Assembly: GCF_018398935.1 (NCBI RefSeq)
Contig: NZ_CP074694.1
Coordinates: forward strand, 2,730,001 to 2,762,000
Direction of reading: 5' to 3'
DNA length: 32,000 nucleotides
Source of the DNA: Telmatocola sphagniphila
GTDB lineage: Bacteria; Planctomycetota; Planctomycetia; Gemmatales; Gemmataceae
This document shows, piece after piece, positions 1 through 8,878 of the stretch. Under the pieces are notes generated by a model. That model did not search any database. It was not told where the DNA came from and saw only the letters and a program-made list of their open reading frames with translations. The stretch's first letter is position 1; each line of letters begins with the position of its first letter. The position numbers were made by a program, and so were the translations under genes.

Positions 1-3000
1 ATCATAAAGGAGCTTGCTCCCCTGGTCTTCCATGACCTGGGAATCAAAAAAATTGGGGCCCTCCGCTCCTGGCCGTTCGGGTTGTCTGCCGCCGGGTCTC
101 ATGCCGCCGCCGCCGCCACCGGGGCCGCCACGACCTCCGCCGCCTCCGCCGGGACCGCCGCCACCGCCGGGACCACCCCCGCCACCAAAGCCGCCACGAC
201 CTCCGCCGCCACCGCCGGGACCACCCCCGCCGCCGCCGAAGCCGCCACCACCTTGGCCACCGCCGCCGAAACCGCCACCGCCGCCGCCAAAGCCACCACC
301 ACCACCGCCAAAGCCGCCACCGCCGAAGCCACCGCCGCCGAAGCCACCGCGGCCGGTCTGAGTATTACGATTCACGTAGCGGCCCTGCATGGCATCAATA
401 GCCTGCTGGACGACGAACGGATCAATCCCGGAAATTTGCAGGAACTGTACCTGCTTCGTGGCATCCTTCGCCTTGGAGTCGAGGTTTTCGCAGAGCGTGC
501 GAATGTTCTCGTACATCGGCTGCGAGCAGTTGACGATGATCGAGTTCGATCGGTCGTCGACGCTGATGTTCATCTGATTCTTGAGAATCACGTTCGAGCG
601 CGGCGTCCCGAAAGGAGACGGGAACAGCGAAGGCGGCTGACTCGAAAGGGTCGATTGAGTGTCCTTATAAATGTCGCGGATAACTGAAGCGACATCGCTG
701 GCGACCGCATATTTCAGCTCGATGTAATGCGTCTTGAGGAAGCCTTCTTCCTCATTCGGCCCATCGATGGCATCCTTCAAAATCGCTTTGATCGTTAGGA
801 ATTCGAGTGCGGAAGCGCGAATGAGCAAGCTATTGGTTTCGGGGTAAGCCAGCACTCGCACTTTGTTCTTAGCCGCGGCGGCAGCTGCCGCCGCGGCGGA
901 TTGGTTCATTGCCGCATTAGCATTGAAGCCACTGAAGGGATTGCCTTGACCTCCGCCAAATCCGCCGCCCCCCTGGCCACCGCCAAAACCGCCGCCGCCG
1001 CGGTTACCGCCCCCACCACCGCCGCCGAAGAAGGGAAAACCTCCACTTTGCTGAGGTGTGTTTTGTTGCGGTCCGGTGACAGGAGTACCGTTGAACCAGC
1101 TATCGATGAACTTGGCCGCTTCAACGGAATTGCCGTTCTTCAGTCGGATGACCCGGAAATCATGCTCTCCGGGAGCCGCCGTCAGCATGCTGACGAGTTC
1201 GCGAACCAATTGCTGAGTCTGCGGATCGTCGGAGGTCACAATGATTTTGGAGCCGACCGGGGTGATTGTCACCGGTGGACCGCTGACCTTCGGCTTCTGC
1301 GTATCGGGCTTCTGGGGATCGACCAGCTGAGGTTGCTGGGAGACCAGATAGAAATTGGCATCAATGGTGTCGCCGGAGCTGATCTTCTTCGGCTGGGGAG
1401 GCATGCTCTGTTTCGGATCGACTTTGGGCATCGGCGGAGCATTTGGCTCTTCGAAGCTCGGCCGAACCAGTTTGGAATCCTTACCCATTTCCTGAAGCAT
1501 CTTGTTCAGGGTTTCGCCCAGTTGGAGCGAACTGCCGCCTTCGATGCTGATGATGCGTACGTTGCCCAGCGAAGCGGGGTTGCCGGAATCACCCCGCAGC
1601 TGCTTCATGGTCAATTCGACTTCCGCAACGAGCTGAGGAGTCCCCTTAGTCAGAATGCCCGTTTCCACGGCCCTGACGACCAGTCCGCCCCCTTTGATCG
1701 CTTCGGGGAAGATGTCCTTCAGCAAGCTTTCCATTTTGCTGAGGTCGTATCCGCCTGCATCGATAATCTTGGTCTGGACCTGCTGCTTTCCTTTCGTCAG
1801 CATCTCGGTAATGTCGAAGTGATCCTGGGTCGAGCCGTAGACCATTAATTGACCGTTGACGGCCGCGACTTTGACGACGGTAGAAGTCTTGTAAATTGTC
1901 GAGAGAGTGCCCGCAAGGGCCTCCGCACTGCCGGCCGGTACATCATAGTACATGACGTACGGATTGGAGCTGTCATTATCGATGAGCTTCTTGGTGCCAA
2001 CGTCCATCTTCTCGAGCAAAGCTTTGGCTTGCGAGACTTTATCCGCTGGACCGCTGATGTAGACCGTATTGGCCTTCTCATCGCTCGAGATGTAGAACAT
2101 TTTGATTTTGGGAATGTTCATGGCCGGAGGCTGAGCCGCCTGACGGGGATCCCCACCGCCTGCGCGGGGATCACCACCGCCCCCCGGGCCGCCAGGGCCA
2201 CCACCATTAGGACCGCCCTGGAACTGGAAGTTCCGTCCGCCGCCCTGGCCTTGTTGCGACGACTGCAGGACCGCCGCCATTAACTTGGCGGGATCTCCCA
2301 TCTGTTCGCGGAGCAGACGTTCGGCCTCACGGCTGCGAATGTAAACGCACTTGTAGGTCAGGTTGGATTCGCGAACGCCGGTTTGATTCTTTTCGTTATT
2401 GCGAACCAATTCGACGATGCGCTTCAGATTTTGAGCGCTATCGGTCAGGAGCAGCATGTTAGCGCCGGGCAGGACGGTGATTTCTTTCAGTCCCCCCATC
2501 ATCGATTTGATTTCGGGAGCAACCGTCTCGGCATCGAGAACCTTGAGAACCAAGGGGAGCTGTACGATCTCAAACTTACCCAGGTTAGCCAGATCCTCCT
2601 CGGTGACCCGGGGCAGCAGAGCCGGCGGAATTTTTTCATCGGCAGGGAAAATAAAGAAGGATTGATCGCTGCGAACCAGGGTATAGTTCTGCTTGAGCAA
2701 TTCGCCATTGATCAAATCGGTCACTTCGGCAATTGTGTACTTTCGACCCTTGGGGGTGGAAATGTTCACAGTGCCGGTCGGCGGCTTCGTGGTGCTGATG
2801 AAGGCAAGACCGGTCTGTTCGGAGAACCATTCCAGCACGGCGGCCCAAGATTTATCCCGGAACTCCACCACGAACAGCTTCTGTTCTTTTTTATCCGCCT
2901 TCTGAGCGGTCGTGTCTTCTTTTTTGTCGGTCAAAGGTGGTTGAGACCAGACGGCTGAGGAAATCAGCCCCGTAGCAATGGCGCTGCCCCAGAAAGCTCG

Positions 3001-3051
3001 CAGCCATTTCTTCGGCCAGAAATTCTTTATGGTCCGATTCGATTGGCGCAT
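1..3051 (-). CDS. gspD: Secretin (GspD/PilQ family), 5' portion only (1017 codons); the gene continues beyond the window start
   Basis: Absent from the ORF track because there is no stop codon in the window. Manual minus-strand translation from ATG 3051 stays open to position 1. An in-frame TGA lies upstream at 3115-3117 with no other start codon between, and GAGGGAG sits ~10 nt upstream. The product starts with a signal peptide (MRQSNRTIKNFWPKKWLRAFWGSAIATGLISSAVW). It then has repeated secretin N-domain-like modules (FRVIRLKNGNSVEAAKFIDSWF; VRVLAYPETNSLLIRASALEFLTIKAIL; ISVDDRSNSIIVNCSQPMYENI) separated by Gly-rich linkers. It is the last gene of the T2SS-like operon. The long + strand ORFs here are antisense shadows. 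Confidence 0.8.
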   Translation of the reverse strand, partial: MRQSNRTIKNFWPKKWLRAFWGSAIATGLISSAVWSQPPLTDKKEDTTAQKADKKEQKLFVVEFRDKSWAAVLEWFSEQTGLAFISTTKPPTGTVNISTPKGRKYTIAEVTDLINGELLKQNYTLVRSDQSFFIFPADEKIPPALLPRVTEEDLANLGKFEIVQLPLVLKVLDAETVAPEIKSMMGGLKEITVLPGANMLLLTDSAQNLKRIVELVRNNEKNQTGVRESNLTYKCVYIRSREAERLLREQMGDPAKLMAAVLQSSQQGQGGGRNFQFQGGPNGGGPGGPGGGGDPRAGGGDPRQAAQPPAMNIPKIKMFYISSDEKANTVYISGPADKVSQAKALLEKMDVGTKKLIDNDSSNPYVMYYDVPAGSAEALAGTLSTIYKTSTVVKVAAVNGQLMVYGSTQDHFDITEMLTKGKQQVQTKIIDAGGYDLSKMESLLKDIFPEAIKGGGLVVRAVETGILTKGTPQLVAEVELTMKQLRGDSGNPASLGNVRIISIEGGSSLQLGETLNKMLQEMGKDSKLVRPSFEEPNAPPMPKVDPKQSMPPQPKKISSGDTIDANFYLVSQQPQLVDPQKPDTQKPKVSGPPVTITPVGSKIIVTSDDPQTQQLVRELVSMLTAAPGEHDFRVIRLKNGNSVEAAKFIDSWFNGTPVTGPQQNTPQQSGGFPFFGGGGGGGNRGGGGFGGGQGGGGFGGGQGNPFSGFNANAAMNQSAAAAAAAAAKNKVRVLAYPETNSLLIRASALEFLTIKAILKDAIDGPNEEEGFLKTHYIELKYAVASDVASVIRDIYKDTQSTLSSQPPSLFPSPFGTPRSNVILKNQMNISVDDRSNSIIVNCSQPMYENIRTLCENLDSKAKDATKQVQFLQISGIDPFVVQQAIDAMQGRYVNRNTQTGRGGFGGGGFGGGGFGGGGGGFGGGGGGFGGGGQGGGGFGGGGGGPGGGGGGRGGFGGGGGPGGGGGPGGGGGGRGGPGGGGGGMRPGGRQPERPGAEGPNFFDSQVMEDQGSKLLYD
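85..356 (-). repeat. In-frame imperfect tandem codon repeat encoding a ~90-aa Gly/Phe/Arg/Pro low-complexity tract of the secretin
   Basis: The + strand reads as runs of gcc/acc/ccg/gaa(g/a)cc units. The minus-strand translation is GRGGFGGGGFGGGGFGGGGGFGGGGGFGGGGQGGGGFGGGGGPGGGGGGRGGFGGGGGPGGGGPGGGGGGRGGPGGGGGGM. Shorter related tracts lie at about 930-1050 and 2140-2255. Confidence 0.85.
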
Positions 3052-3292
3052 GTTCGATATTCTCCCTCTCGTCTTTGTGCAGATTGACCCGGTCCCCGGG
3101 AATCTGCCCCACCCTCAAATTCGTGAGGATATGAGTGAAATTCGCATCATGCGAATCTTGGAAGACGCATGATGATCCGTACTACCGGTAGATTCGGCAA
3201 AAACGGACCACCTAAATTATGAGAAGCCGAAAAATGACTCATTTTCCTGATGGGACATTGGCGAGGCTCGGCAAGCCTCGCGCTATGGCTAA

Positions 3293-4612
3293 TTATAGCC
3301 CTCTCGAACTCTGCTTGCTCTGGGAAGGGACGGGGATCTGGATAATCCCATTGAAAATCGCCTGGATGGCATGCCTACTGAGAATTGGCTCCATCTCGCG
3401 CACTTTCCGCCCCACATCCAACTTATAAATCTGTCCCGGCAGCATAACGACCGAGAGTCCCCCAAACATTAAATTACCCGCTTTCCGTCGATTTTCCGAA
3501 TTCTCATCCACTTTGCGGAGATAAATGCATTTGGCCCCGGTTTCCGCGATCCCCACAACCTGGTATCGCACCAGATTGTTCTCATCTTCCGTACCGTACT
3601 CAAAATATTTCGAGGGCTTGGCCTCAAAGGGCTTTTTCCGTTCGCCCGCATAGAAGAACAACTGACTGGTAAAGCTGCCGTCCTTCTGATGCTCGATGCG
3701 GTATTCGTACTTGTGATACTCGTCGAAGAGTTCCGCAGCCAGTTGACCTTCCGAGGTCGAGAATGCGGTATTCAATCGAATATAGGGCGACAAATCGATC
3801 CCGGGAGGCTCCTGTCGGGCTTCCTCCACTTTCACGGAACCATAAAAGAAGTCTTTCGAGCCGATCAAGCTATAGTCGCGTTTATTGGCCGCCAGAAACT
3901 CATCCGTCTTGAATTGTGCCCCGCGATCCAAAGCAATCATTCCGGAACGGTAGCTGGCCGCTCCGCCGAAAAGAGCCCCAACTGCCGGGGGGACGGCCAT
4001 AAGGGTGAGCCGTTTCTCCGCATTATCCAGGATCAAAGCTTCGATATCGAGATTGATAGTCAGATCCCGGCGCTCGGTCGTGTTGCGCCTCGCACTGACC
4101 GCACTGTTCGGCTTTTCGATCGTCAGAGCGGTGATCGAGTGAAGCAGCGGCTGCCTGTAAAAATTCCAAAGGAACTTCACCAGACTCGAAAGCGGTCCGG
4201 TGGCCGTTATTTTGGATTTGATCTTGGTATAGACGACTTTTTTCTTGTCATCGCTGAAGACGGGGTTTTTGGTATCGACCGTCATCTTGCTGGTAGTGTA
4301 CTGGCTGCCTTGAAAGTCGCTTCGTTTCAGCAGGTTTTCCAGGAGCGCTTCATACTCCTGTCGCGCGACACTGACTCCGCCATCCGAATCCACCGGCAAG
4401 CTCAGTTTGCGGTCATTGACGAGTTTGGCCATTTGTATCATGGCCAACTCCTCATCCGTCTTCAATTCGAGCAACTCTCTCGAAAGGATATCCTGTTCTT
4501 TGACCTTTGCCTGGTAGGGACGATAGATCATGGTCACGATCAGCAGGCCACCGGCGATGAGGCCCAGCAGTACCATCAGGACCAGTGCCATCGATCTTTC
4601 TTTAGTCGTCAT
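3293..4612 (-). CDS. Bitopic inner-membrane T2SS/T4P assembly protein, GspM/PilO-like N-terminal half with an extended C-terminal domain (possible GspC/PilP analogue)
   Basis: 439-aa ORF whose start overlaps the upstream gene's stop (TAATG at 4612). It has an N-terminal TM helix (MALVLMVLLGLIAGGLLIVTMIY), a coiled-coil segment, then a PilO-like segment (GPLSSLVKFLWNFYRQPLLHSITALTIEK). It sits between the GspL-like gene and the secretin. The C-terminal ~200 aa has no motif I can name. Confidence 0.5.
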   Translation of the reverse strand: MTTKERSMALVLMVLLGLIAGGLLIVTMIYRPYQAKVKEQDILSRELLELKTDEELAMIQMAKLVNDRKLSLPVDSDGGVSVARQEYEALLENLLKRSDFQGSQYTTSKMTVDTKNPVFSDDKKKVVYTKIKSKITATGPLSSLVKFLWNFYRQPLLHSITALTIEKPNSAVSARRNTTERRDLTINLDIEALILDNAEKRLTLMAVPPAVGALFGGAASYRSGMIALDRGAQFKTDEFLAANKRDYSLIGSKDFFYGSVKVEEARQEPPGIDLSPYIRLNTAFSTSEGQLAAELFDEYHKYEYRIEHQKDGSFTSQLFFYAGERKKPFEAKPSKYFEYGTEDENNLVRYQVVGIAETGAKCIYLRKVDENSENRRKAGNLMFGGLSVVMLPGQIYKLDVGRKVREMEPILSRHAIQAIFNGIIQIPVPSQSKQSSRGL

Positions 4613-6195
4613 TAGTTGCCACCTCCACCAAAGCCGAACCCGTTGAAGTTGCCCCCGCCGTTACTTCGCGAGGGTGTGGGAGGGGTAACCGTGAGTTTCT
4701 CGAGGTAATCCTTGGGTAAGCGATGCTTCACCTCAGCCATGATTTCATAAAGCTGATTCAAAACTCGCATTCCTCCGGTATTGGAAGTCGGAGAGGGAAG
4801 TTTTCGCTGCATCACGTCATAATTGCTGTCTGAGAGCATGGAAGCCTTGAAATTTTCCACGTCGCGGCTTGAGGCCGTTTGAATATTCATCGTGATCTTA
4901 CCGGCAAACTTTTCGACTTTATTCTTCTGCGCCGTATCGGCCGGCGTTAAAGTGAGCTTGGTAAGCTGCGTGTTGTCGATATTGGGAAAGCGTGCAGCCA
5001 GATCGTAAAGCTCGTCGAGCCAGTTGACCGACTTCACCCGCCAATCTTCGACCGCCTTCTCCCTCTCTCGATCGCGCTTGATCGAATCGAGCCGGGTTTT
5101 AATTTCCGACTTCTCGCCGCGAAGTTTGACGAGTTCCTTTTCTTTCATCTGGAGTTTCAGGTACCCGATCAGGAGGCTGCCAACCACCAGCAAGCCCACC
5201 GCTATTCCACCAAAACCCAGTGCTCGCTTATTGGGATCACGGCGAAGAATGGGTTGTCGCGGCGAGATAAAGTTAACGGGCAATCCCGTTTTGTCCGAGC
5301 CGAGGGATATCACACCGACTAGACCGGCAAAATTGCCGCGTTCCTGCGGATTGGTATCCGAAGCCAGACCCGCTAACGGATCGAAAGGATGAACGGGAAT
5401 GGTCAATCCCGCTCGGAGTCGTCCCCCCCAGGTGCCGGACTGATCGGCCTCGGGTAGATACAGAGCTTCGACAACGCTACCGGGCGATTGGCTGGCAAAC
5501 ACCGTCAGGTTTCGCTTAACCTCACCCAGAAAAGCCGTTTCGGCGTTCAGAGCCGGGCCGGTCAGAGCTCGGGAGAAGACGACTTGCGATCCCTTGTAGA
5601 TCGCCATTTCTCCCCAGCGTTCACCGCGAGTGAGCACGGCATAATGCGATTGAGGGCTTTGCGGAGGAACGACGGCGCCGCTGGCGAAGGTCTTCTGCAT
5701 CAAGCCACCGAGCGCGAAGGCGCGGGGAACGATGCCGTTGAGCTTCAGCCCGGCGTTTTCGCACATGATGCGAACGGATTCGACGTAGTCTTTTTTCAGA
5801 GCTACAGTCAACGCCTTCTTCTGGCCGTCCGGTTCCAACCCATCGAGGGGGAAGTAATCGATTACATAGCTTTCGGAGGATTCCGTCAGCTCTTTGGAGA
5901 CCTGGAATCGAACGATATTCGCTTCTTCTTCAACCGGCACGTTGGGATATTTGATATCCTTCAGAATCACGCGATCGCGGCCCACGCAGACCAGAACGCC
6001 GGGGGCAGCCATCCCCTGCACCCGCAAAAATTCCTTGAGGTTTTTACCCGTTTCAACGGCGTTACCGATCCCCAACGGTAAGGACAACGGGAAGGTCGCT
6101 GCCTTCTCGACTTTTGGCGGGGCGTTCCCTTTGGAAGCCCCGAGTAGAACGTGGATCGCCGACGAATCGACATCCAGGGTAATTAAGCGAGACAC
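4612..6195 (-). CDS. gspL: GspL-like protein: PilM/actin-like cytoplasmic domain + TM + PilN/GspL-like periplasmic domain
   Basis: The ORF-track call (4612..6384) would overlap gspK by 172 nt. A GTG at 6195, preceded by GAAGAGG with a 6-nt spacer, lies 17 nt after the gspK stop. It gives VSRLITLDVDSSAIHVLLG, which resembles the PilM N-terminus (xLDIGSSxIK). A TM helix (ALGFGGIAVGLLVVGSLLIGYL) is followed by a coiled coil and a periplasmic domain. The C-terminal tail is NGGGNFNGFGFGGGGN. Confidence 0.7.
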   Translation of the reverse strand: MSRLITLDVDSSAIHVLLGASKGNAPPKVEKAATFPLSLPLGIGNAVETGKNLKEFLRVQGMAAPGVLVCVGRDRVILKDIKYPNVPVEEEANIVRFQVSKELTESSESYVIDYFPLDGLEPDGQKKALTVALKKDYVESVRIMCENAGLKLNGIVPRAFALGGLMQKTFASGAVVPPQSPQSHYAVLTRGERWGEMAIYKGSQVVFSRALTGPALNAETAFLGEVKRNLTVFASQSPGSVVEALYLPEADQSGTWGGRLRAGLTIPVHPFDPLAGLASDTNPQERGNFAGLVGVISLGSDKTGLPVNFISPRQPILRRDPNKRALGFGGIAVGLLVVGSLLIGYLKLQMKEKELVKLRGEKSEIKTRLDSIKRDREREKAVEDWRVKSVNWLDELYDLAARFPNIDNTQLTKLTLTPADTAQKNKVEKFAGKITMNIQTASSRDVENFKASMLSDSNYDVMQRKLPSPTSNTGGMRVLNQLYEIMAEVKHRLPKDYLEKLTVTPPTPSRSNGGGNFNGFGFGGGGN

Positions 6196-6212
6196 AATAA
6201 ACCTCTTCGAAT

Positions 6213-7949
6213 TTAGGGCTGTTGCTGCCGGGGATCTATCGAGTTGCCCAATTCCGTCAGATCTCGATAGTAAAGAATTCGAGGACTTCCATTGTTGGAA
6301 TCGACAACAGCCTCGATGCGATAAAGCGGGCCTCCCTGATCGAAATAGCCAATCGATTGGAATCGATAGACCTGGGAAGCACAAGTCACGTATTGTTCGA
6401 TCGCCTGAAACTTGGAGAGGGACATGTTCATTTCAGTCACCAGCCAGGCGGGAGTCGCATAGCTGGTATCGGCCGCAGCACCGGTATTCAGGGCCGGTCG
6501 CTGGGCAATGATCTGTTCGACATCGGTATCGGTCAGACCCGGAAGACAAGTCAGCACGGCCTGCGGAGCGGTGTTAATGTTGATGCGGGCCGGAATCTCC
6601 GACAAATTCTGAGTGGTCGTCGAATCCAAAGCTTTGGACAGATATTCGTTGATCGGGGCCGTTTGAGTCGGGAAGTTGTAAACCGTGGTCACCGTGGATT
6701 GCTGCGACCGACCGTTGACCATGGTGGTCTCCTGGGACGTGATGCTCACAGTGCTGCTGAAGAGACTGGTGATCGAGGTAATTTTGCCTTTTGGGGTGGT
6801 ATTATTTGCCAGGTCTTTTTGCACCGCAGTCGTCAGATCCGCAATATTCCCCACTTTGGTCTGAGTATTCCCGCCACCGCCGGCGCCGCCACCGGTCCCG
6901 CCACCAGATTGTTGATTAGTTGTCGTGGTTCGCGCGGTCGCGGAACTCCCGCTTGTGGTATTGGATGAGCCCGAGCCCGAATTGTTACCGATTGTAACCG
7001 TAAAAGTTGTACCGCCGCCCGCTGCCGAACCGCCATAAAGCCGATAGGCGATTATAAAAGTGGCCATATCCTGATTCAGCGACTGCTGAAGATTGGTGTA
7101 CAACGTGTTCAAATCAGGGCTGTTCAGGTAAAGCCGTGGGTTTCCGGTCGAATCGTTGTTCGACTCCCGGCTATAAACCGTCAGATACGGCAACCAGCCT
7201 GGATCCACCTGCTGATTGGAATCTTCGCCGTTGTCGATCACACCGTTCCGGCTGATATCGTTCCCGAGCAGCAGCGGTTGGGTGACTCCCTGCACTAAGA
7301 GTAATTCTTCGATGCTGTCGAGAGGGCCGTTTTTGCACTCATAAGGAGGAGTCAGCGACAGATAATAGCTGGATTCGGCCCCGCCCTGCCGAACGTCATC
7401 GTCGGGATCCATCCAATCGATAATCGAATTGGCGATGGTATCGGTCATATTCGGGAGTAGCATCAGCATGTTGTAAAGCGTCTGCCCCGAAGGATCGATC
7501 TGCATCATGGCATTGAGATTGATCTTTCCGGCTTCATCCGTAACGCCGTAGACGACGGGAAAGCTACCATCCGAATTCTGATTGGTGTAATCGATGGAGC
7601 AGATCGAAAAATAACTATTGTTAGTTGAACTGCTGGAACTCCCCGAGGAGTCGGTATTCTGCAGTTGAACCGCGTAGAACATGGCCTGGTTGTTGAAGGG
7701 ATTGCCAGAGACGTTCTGAGTAATCGAATCGGGGGTCGCCAGCAGCGCGGCCGCATAATGCACGCCCGATTCCGCAAGCGCCTTGACCTGAGAAGTTTTC
7801 AGAATGCGATTGGTGGCGCGCAATTCGAACGACATCAGTTCGCTGTACTTGTACGCGGCCAAACTGAGCACGACAATAACGATGAGAACCGCCAGAAGCA
7901 CGGTCCCAGTTCTGTTTTGAGTCGGACGGAGGAATTTATTCCCAGTCAT
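6213..7949 (-). CDS. gspK: Minor pseudopilin GspK-like (expanded, 578 aa)
   Basis: The N-terminus NRTGTVLLAVLIVIVVLSLAAY is a hydrophobic pilin-like helix without Glu+5, as in GspK. The motif INTAPQAVLTCLPGLTDTDVEQIIAQRP matches the GspK helix-hairpin-helix/SAM-like region. Its ATGA start overlaps the gspJ-like stop. It contains a ~60-aa S/T/G-rich insert. Confidence 0.8.
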   Translation of the reverse strand: MTGNKFLRPTQNRTGTVLLAVLIVIVVLSLAAYKYSELMSFELRATNRILKTSQVKALAESGVHYAAALLATPDSITQNVSGNPFNNQAMFYAVQLQNTDSSGSSSSSTNNSYFSICSIDYTNQNSDGSFPVVYGVTDEAGKINLNAMMQIDPSGQTLYNMLMLLPNMTDTIANSIIDWMDPDDDVRQGGAESSYYLSLTPPYECKNGPLDSIEELLLVQGVTQPLLLGNDISRNGVIDNGEDSNQQVDPGWLPYLTVYSRESNNDSTGNPRLYLNSPDLNTLYTNLQQSLNQDMATFIIAYRLYGGSAAGGGTTFTVTIGNNSGSGSSNTTSGSSATARTTTTNQQSGGGTGGGAGGGGNTQTKVGNIADLTTAVQKDLANNTTPKGKITSITSLFSSTVSITSQETTMVNGRSQQSTVTTVYNFPTQTAPINEYLSKALDSTTTQNLSEIPARININTAPQAVLTCLPGLTDTDVEQIIAQRPALNTGAAADTSYATPAWLVTEMNMSLSKFQAIEQYVTCASQVYRFQSIGYFDQGGPLYRIEAVVDSNNGSPRILYYRDLTELGNSIDPRQQQP

Positions 7950-8878
7950 GGACTGCTCCCATTTAACTGAGCGGCAGAAGAACCAGAGGTTCCAACTGAG
8001 GCATTAGTCGTCTGATTCGGGCTGGCCAGGATGGCAATGACTTTCTGATATTCCTTGGATTCATCCCCCTTACCGGTGGCGATCCAGATGTGGACTCGAA
8101 TCGCCATGGGCGGTCCCATCACGGTTACCCCGTCCGTGAGATAGGTGGAACCATCCCAGGTATCATTCCAATTCGTTCCATCGAAATATTCGAACTGCAG
8201 ATTCGTCACTTCCGGGGCTATGACATAATTCGATTCATTGCCCGTATCGGGCTGCGTGGAATCTTCCACGGTGTCCGAAGTAATCCAAGTATCCTCTTCC
8301 CGGCACAACCCGTTGGAACTGCTCCCCAGCCAGTAAATCACTCGTCGCTGATCGCCCGGTTGGACCGTATCGGCTGAAAGACTGGAGGATTGTTGAGCCG
8401 TGGTATAGGGCAGTCCCGAGTTCGGATCAATGATGTCGTAGGACGAAGTCGGTCGGGCAATAAAGATAGTACATTGCGTCGAACTACCGATCACACCGGA
8501 TCCCACCGGCACAACCACAACCCCGTTAATATTGGTTCCCGGCGTGGTGGACGTCGTTGAAGTCGTGGAACTGGTTGTACTGCTGGAACCGGTAGTCGAA
8601 CTGGTGCTTGTACTCCCGCTGCCACTGCTGCTGCTGCCGCTGCTGGCAGGATTGATCGCGTAAGTCTGCGAAACACAAGGCAAGAGATCCCGGGTCACGC
8701 GTCCGAAAATAGCACGAACGATCGTGGCTTTTTCGATTTTTTCTCGTCCGGCCGCGGCCATCCGGACTTGGAGATCCAGCGCGATGTAAAGCCCGGCCAG
8801 CAACAAGATGGAAATCGAACAGGCCAGAATGACCTCGAGGAGGGTAAAGCCTCGACGATGGGTATTGCGATAGATCAC
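7946..8878 (-). CDS. gspJ: Minor pseudopilin, GspJ-like (class III signal HRRG|FTLLEV)
   Basis: Canonical prepilin motif G|FTLLEVILA with Glu+5. The GTG start overlaps the upstream stop (TAGTG). Its position between the I-like and K-like genes supports the J assignment. It has an internal S/T-rich tract (SSGSSSSGSGSTSTSSTTGSSSTTSSTTSTTSTT). Confidence 0.65.
   Translation of the reverse strand: MIYRNTHRRGFTLLEVILACSISILLLAGLYIALDLQVRMAAAGREKIEKATIVRAIFGRVTRDLLPCVSQTYAINPASSGSSSSGSGSTSTSSTTGSSSTTSSTTSTTSTTPGTNINGVVVVPVGSGVIGSSTQCTIFIARPTSSYDIIDPNSGLPYTTAQQSSSLSADTVQPGDQRRVIYWLGSSSNGLCREEDTWITSDTVEDSTQPDTGNESNYVIAPEVTNLQFEYFDGTNWNDTWDGSTYLTDGVTVMGPPMAIRVHIWIATGKGDESKEYQKVIAILASPNQTTNASVGTSGSSAAQLNGSSP

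Noticed and set aside
14-687. A 115-aa poly-Pro ORF (14..361 +), a 201-aa Ala/Thr-rich ORF (82..687 +) and an 82-aa Ala/Val-rich ORF (99..347 -)
   Set aside because: These are alternative-frame or antisense readings of the Gly-codon repeat in the secretin gene. Their extreme composition and position inside a coherent 1017-codon minus-strand frame argue against real genes.
901-2958. Long + strand ORFs 901..1848, 1849..2283 and 2383..2958
   Set aside because: They are antisense shadows of the secretin gene. Their products have no recognisable motifs and an Arg/Leu/Gly-heavy composition typical of antisense frames in GC-rich DNA.
6196-6384. The first 63 codons of the ORF-track call 4612..6384
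   Set aside because: They would overlap gspK by 172 nt. The sequence MCFPGLSIPIDWLFRSGRPALSHRGCCRF... is not PilM/GspL-like. The GTG at 6195, which has an SD-like sequence, gives a PilM-like N-terminus.
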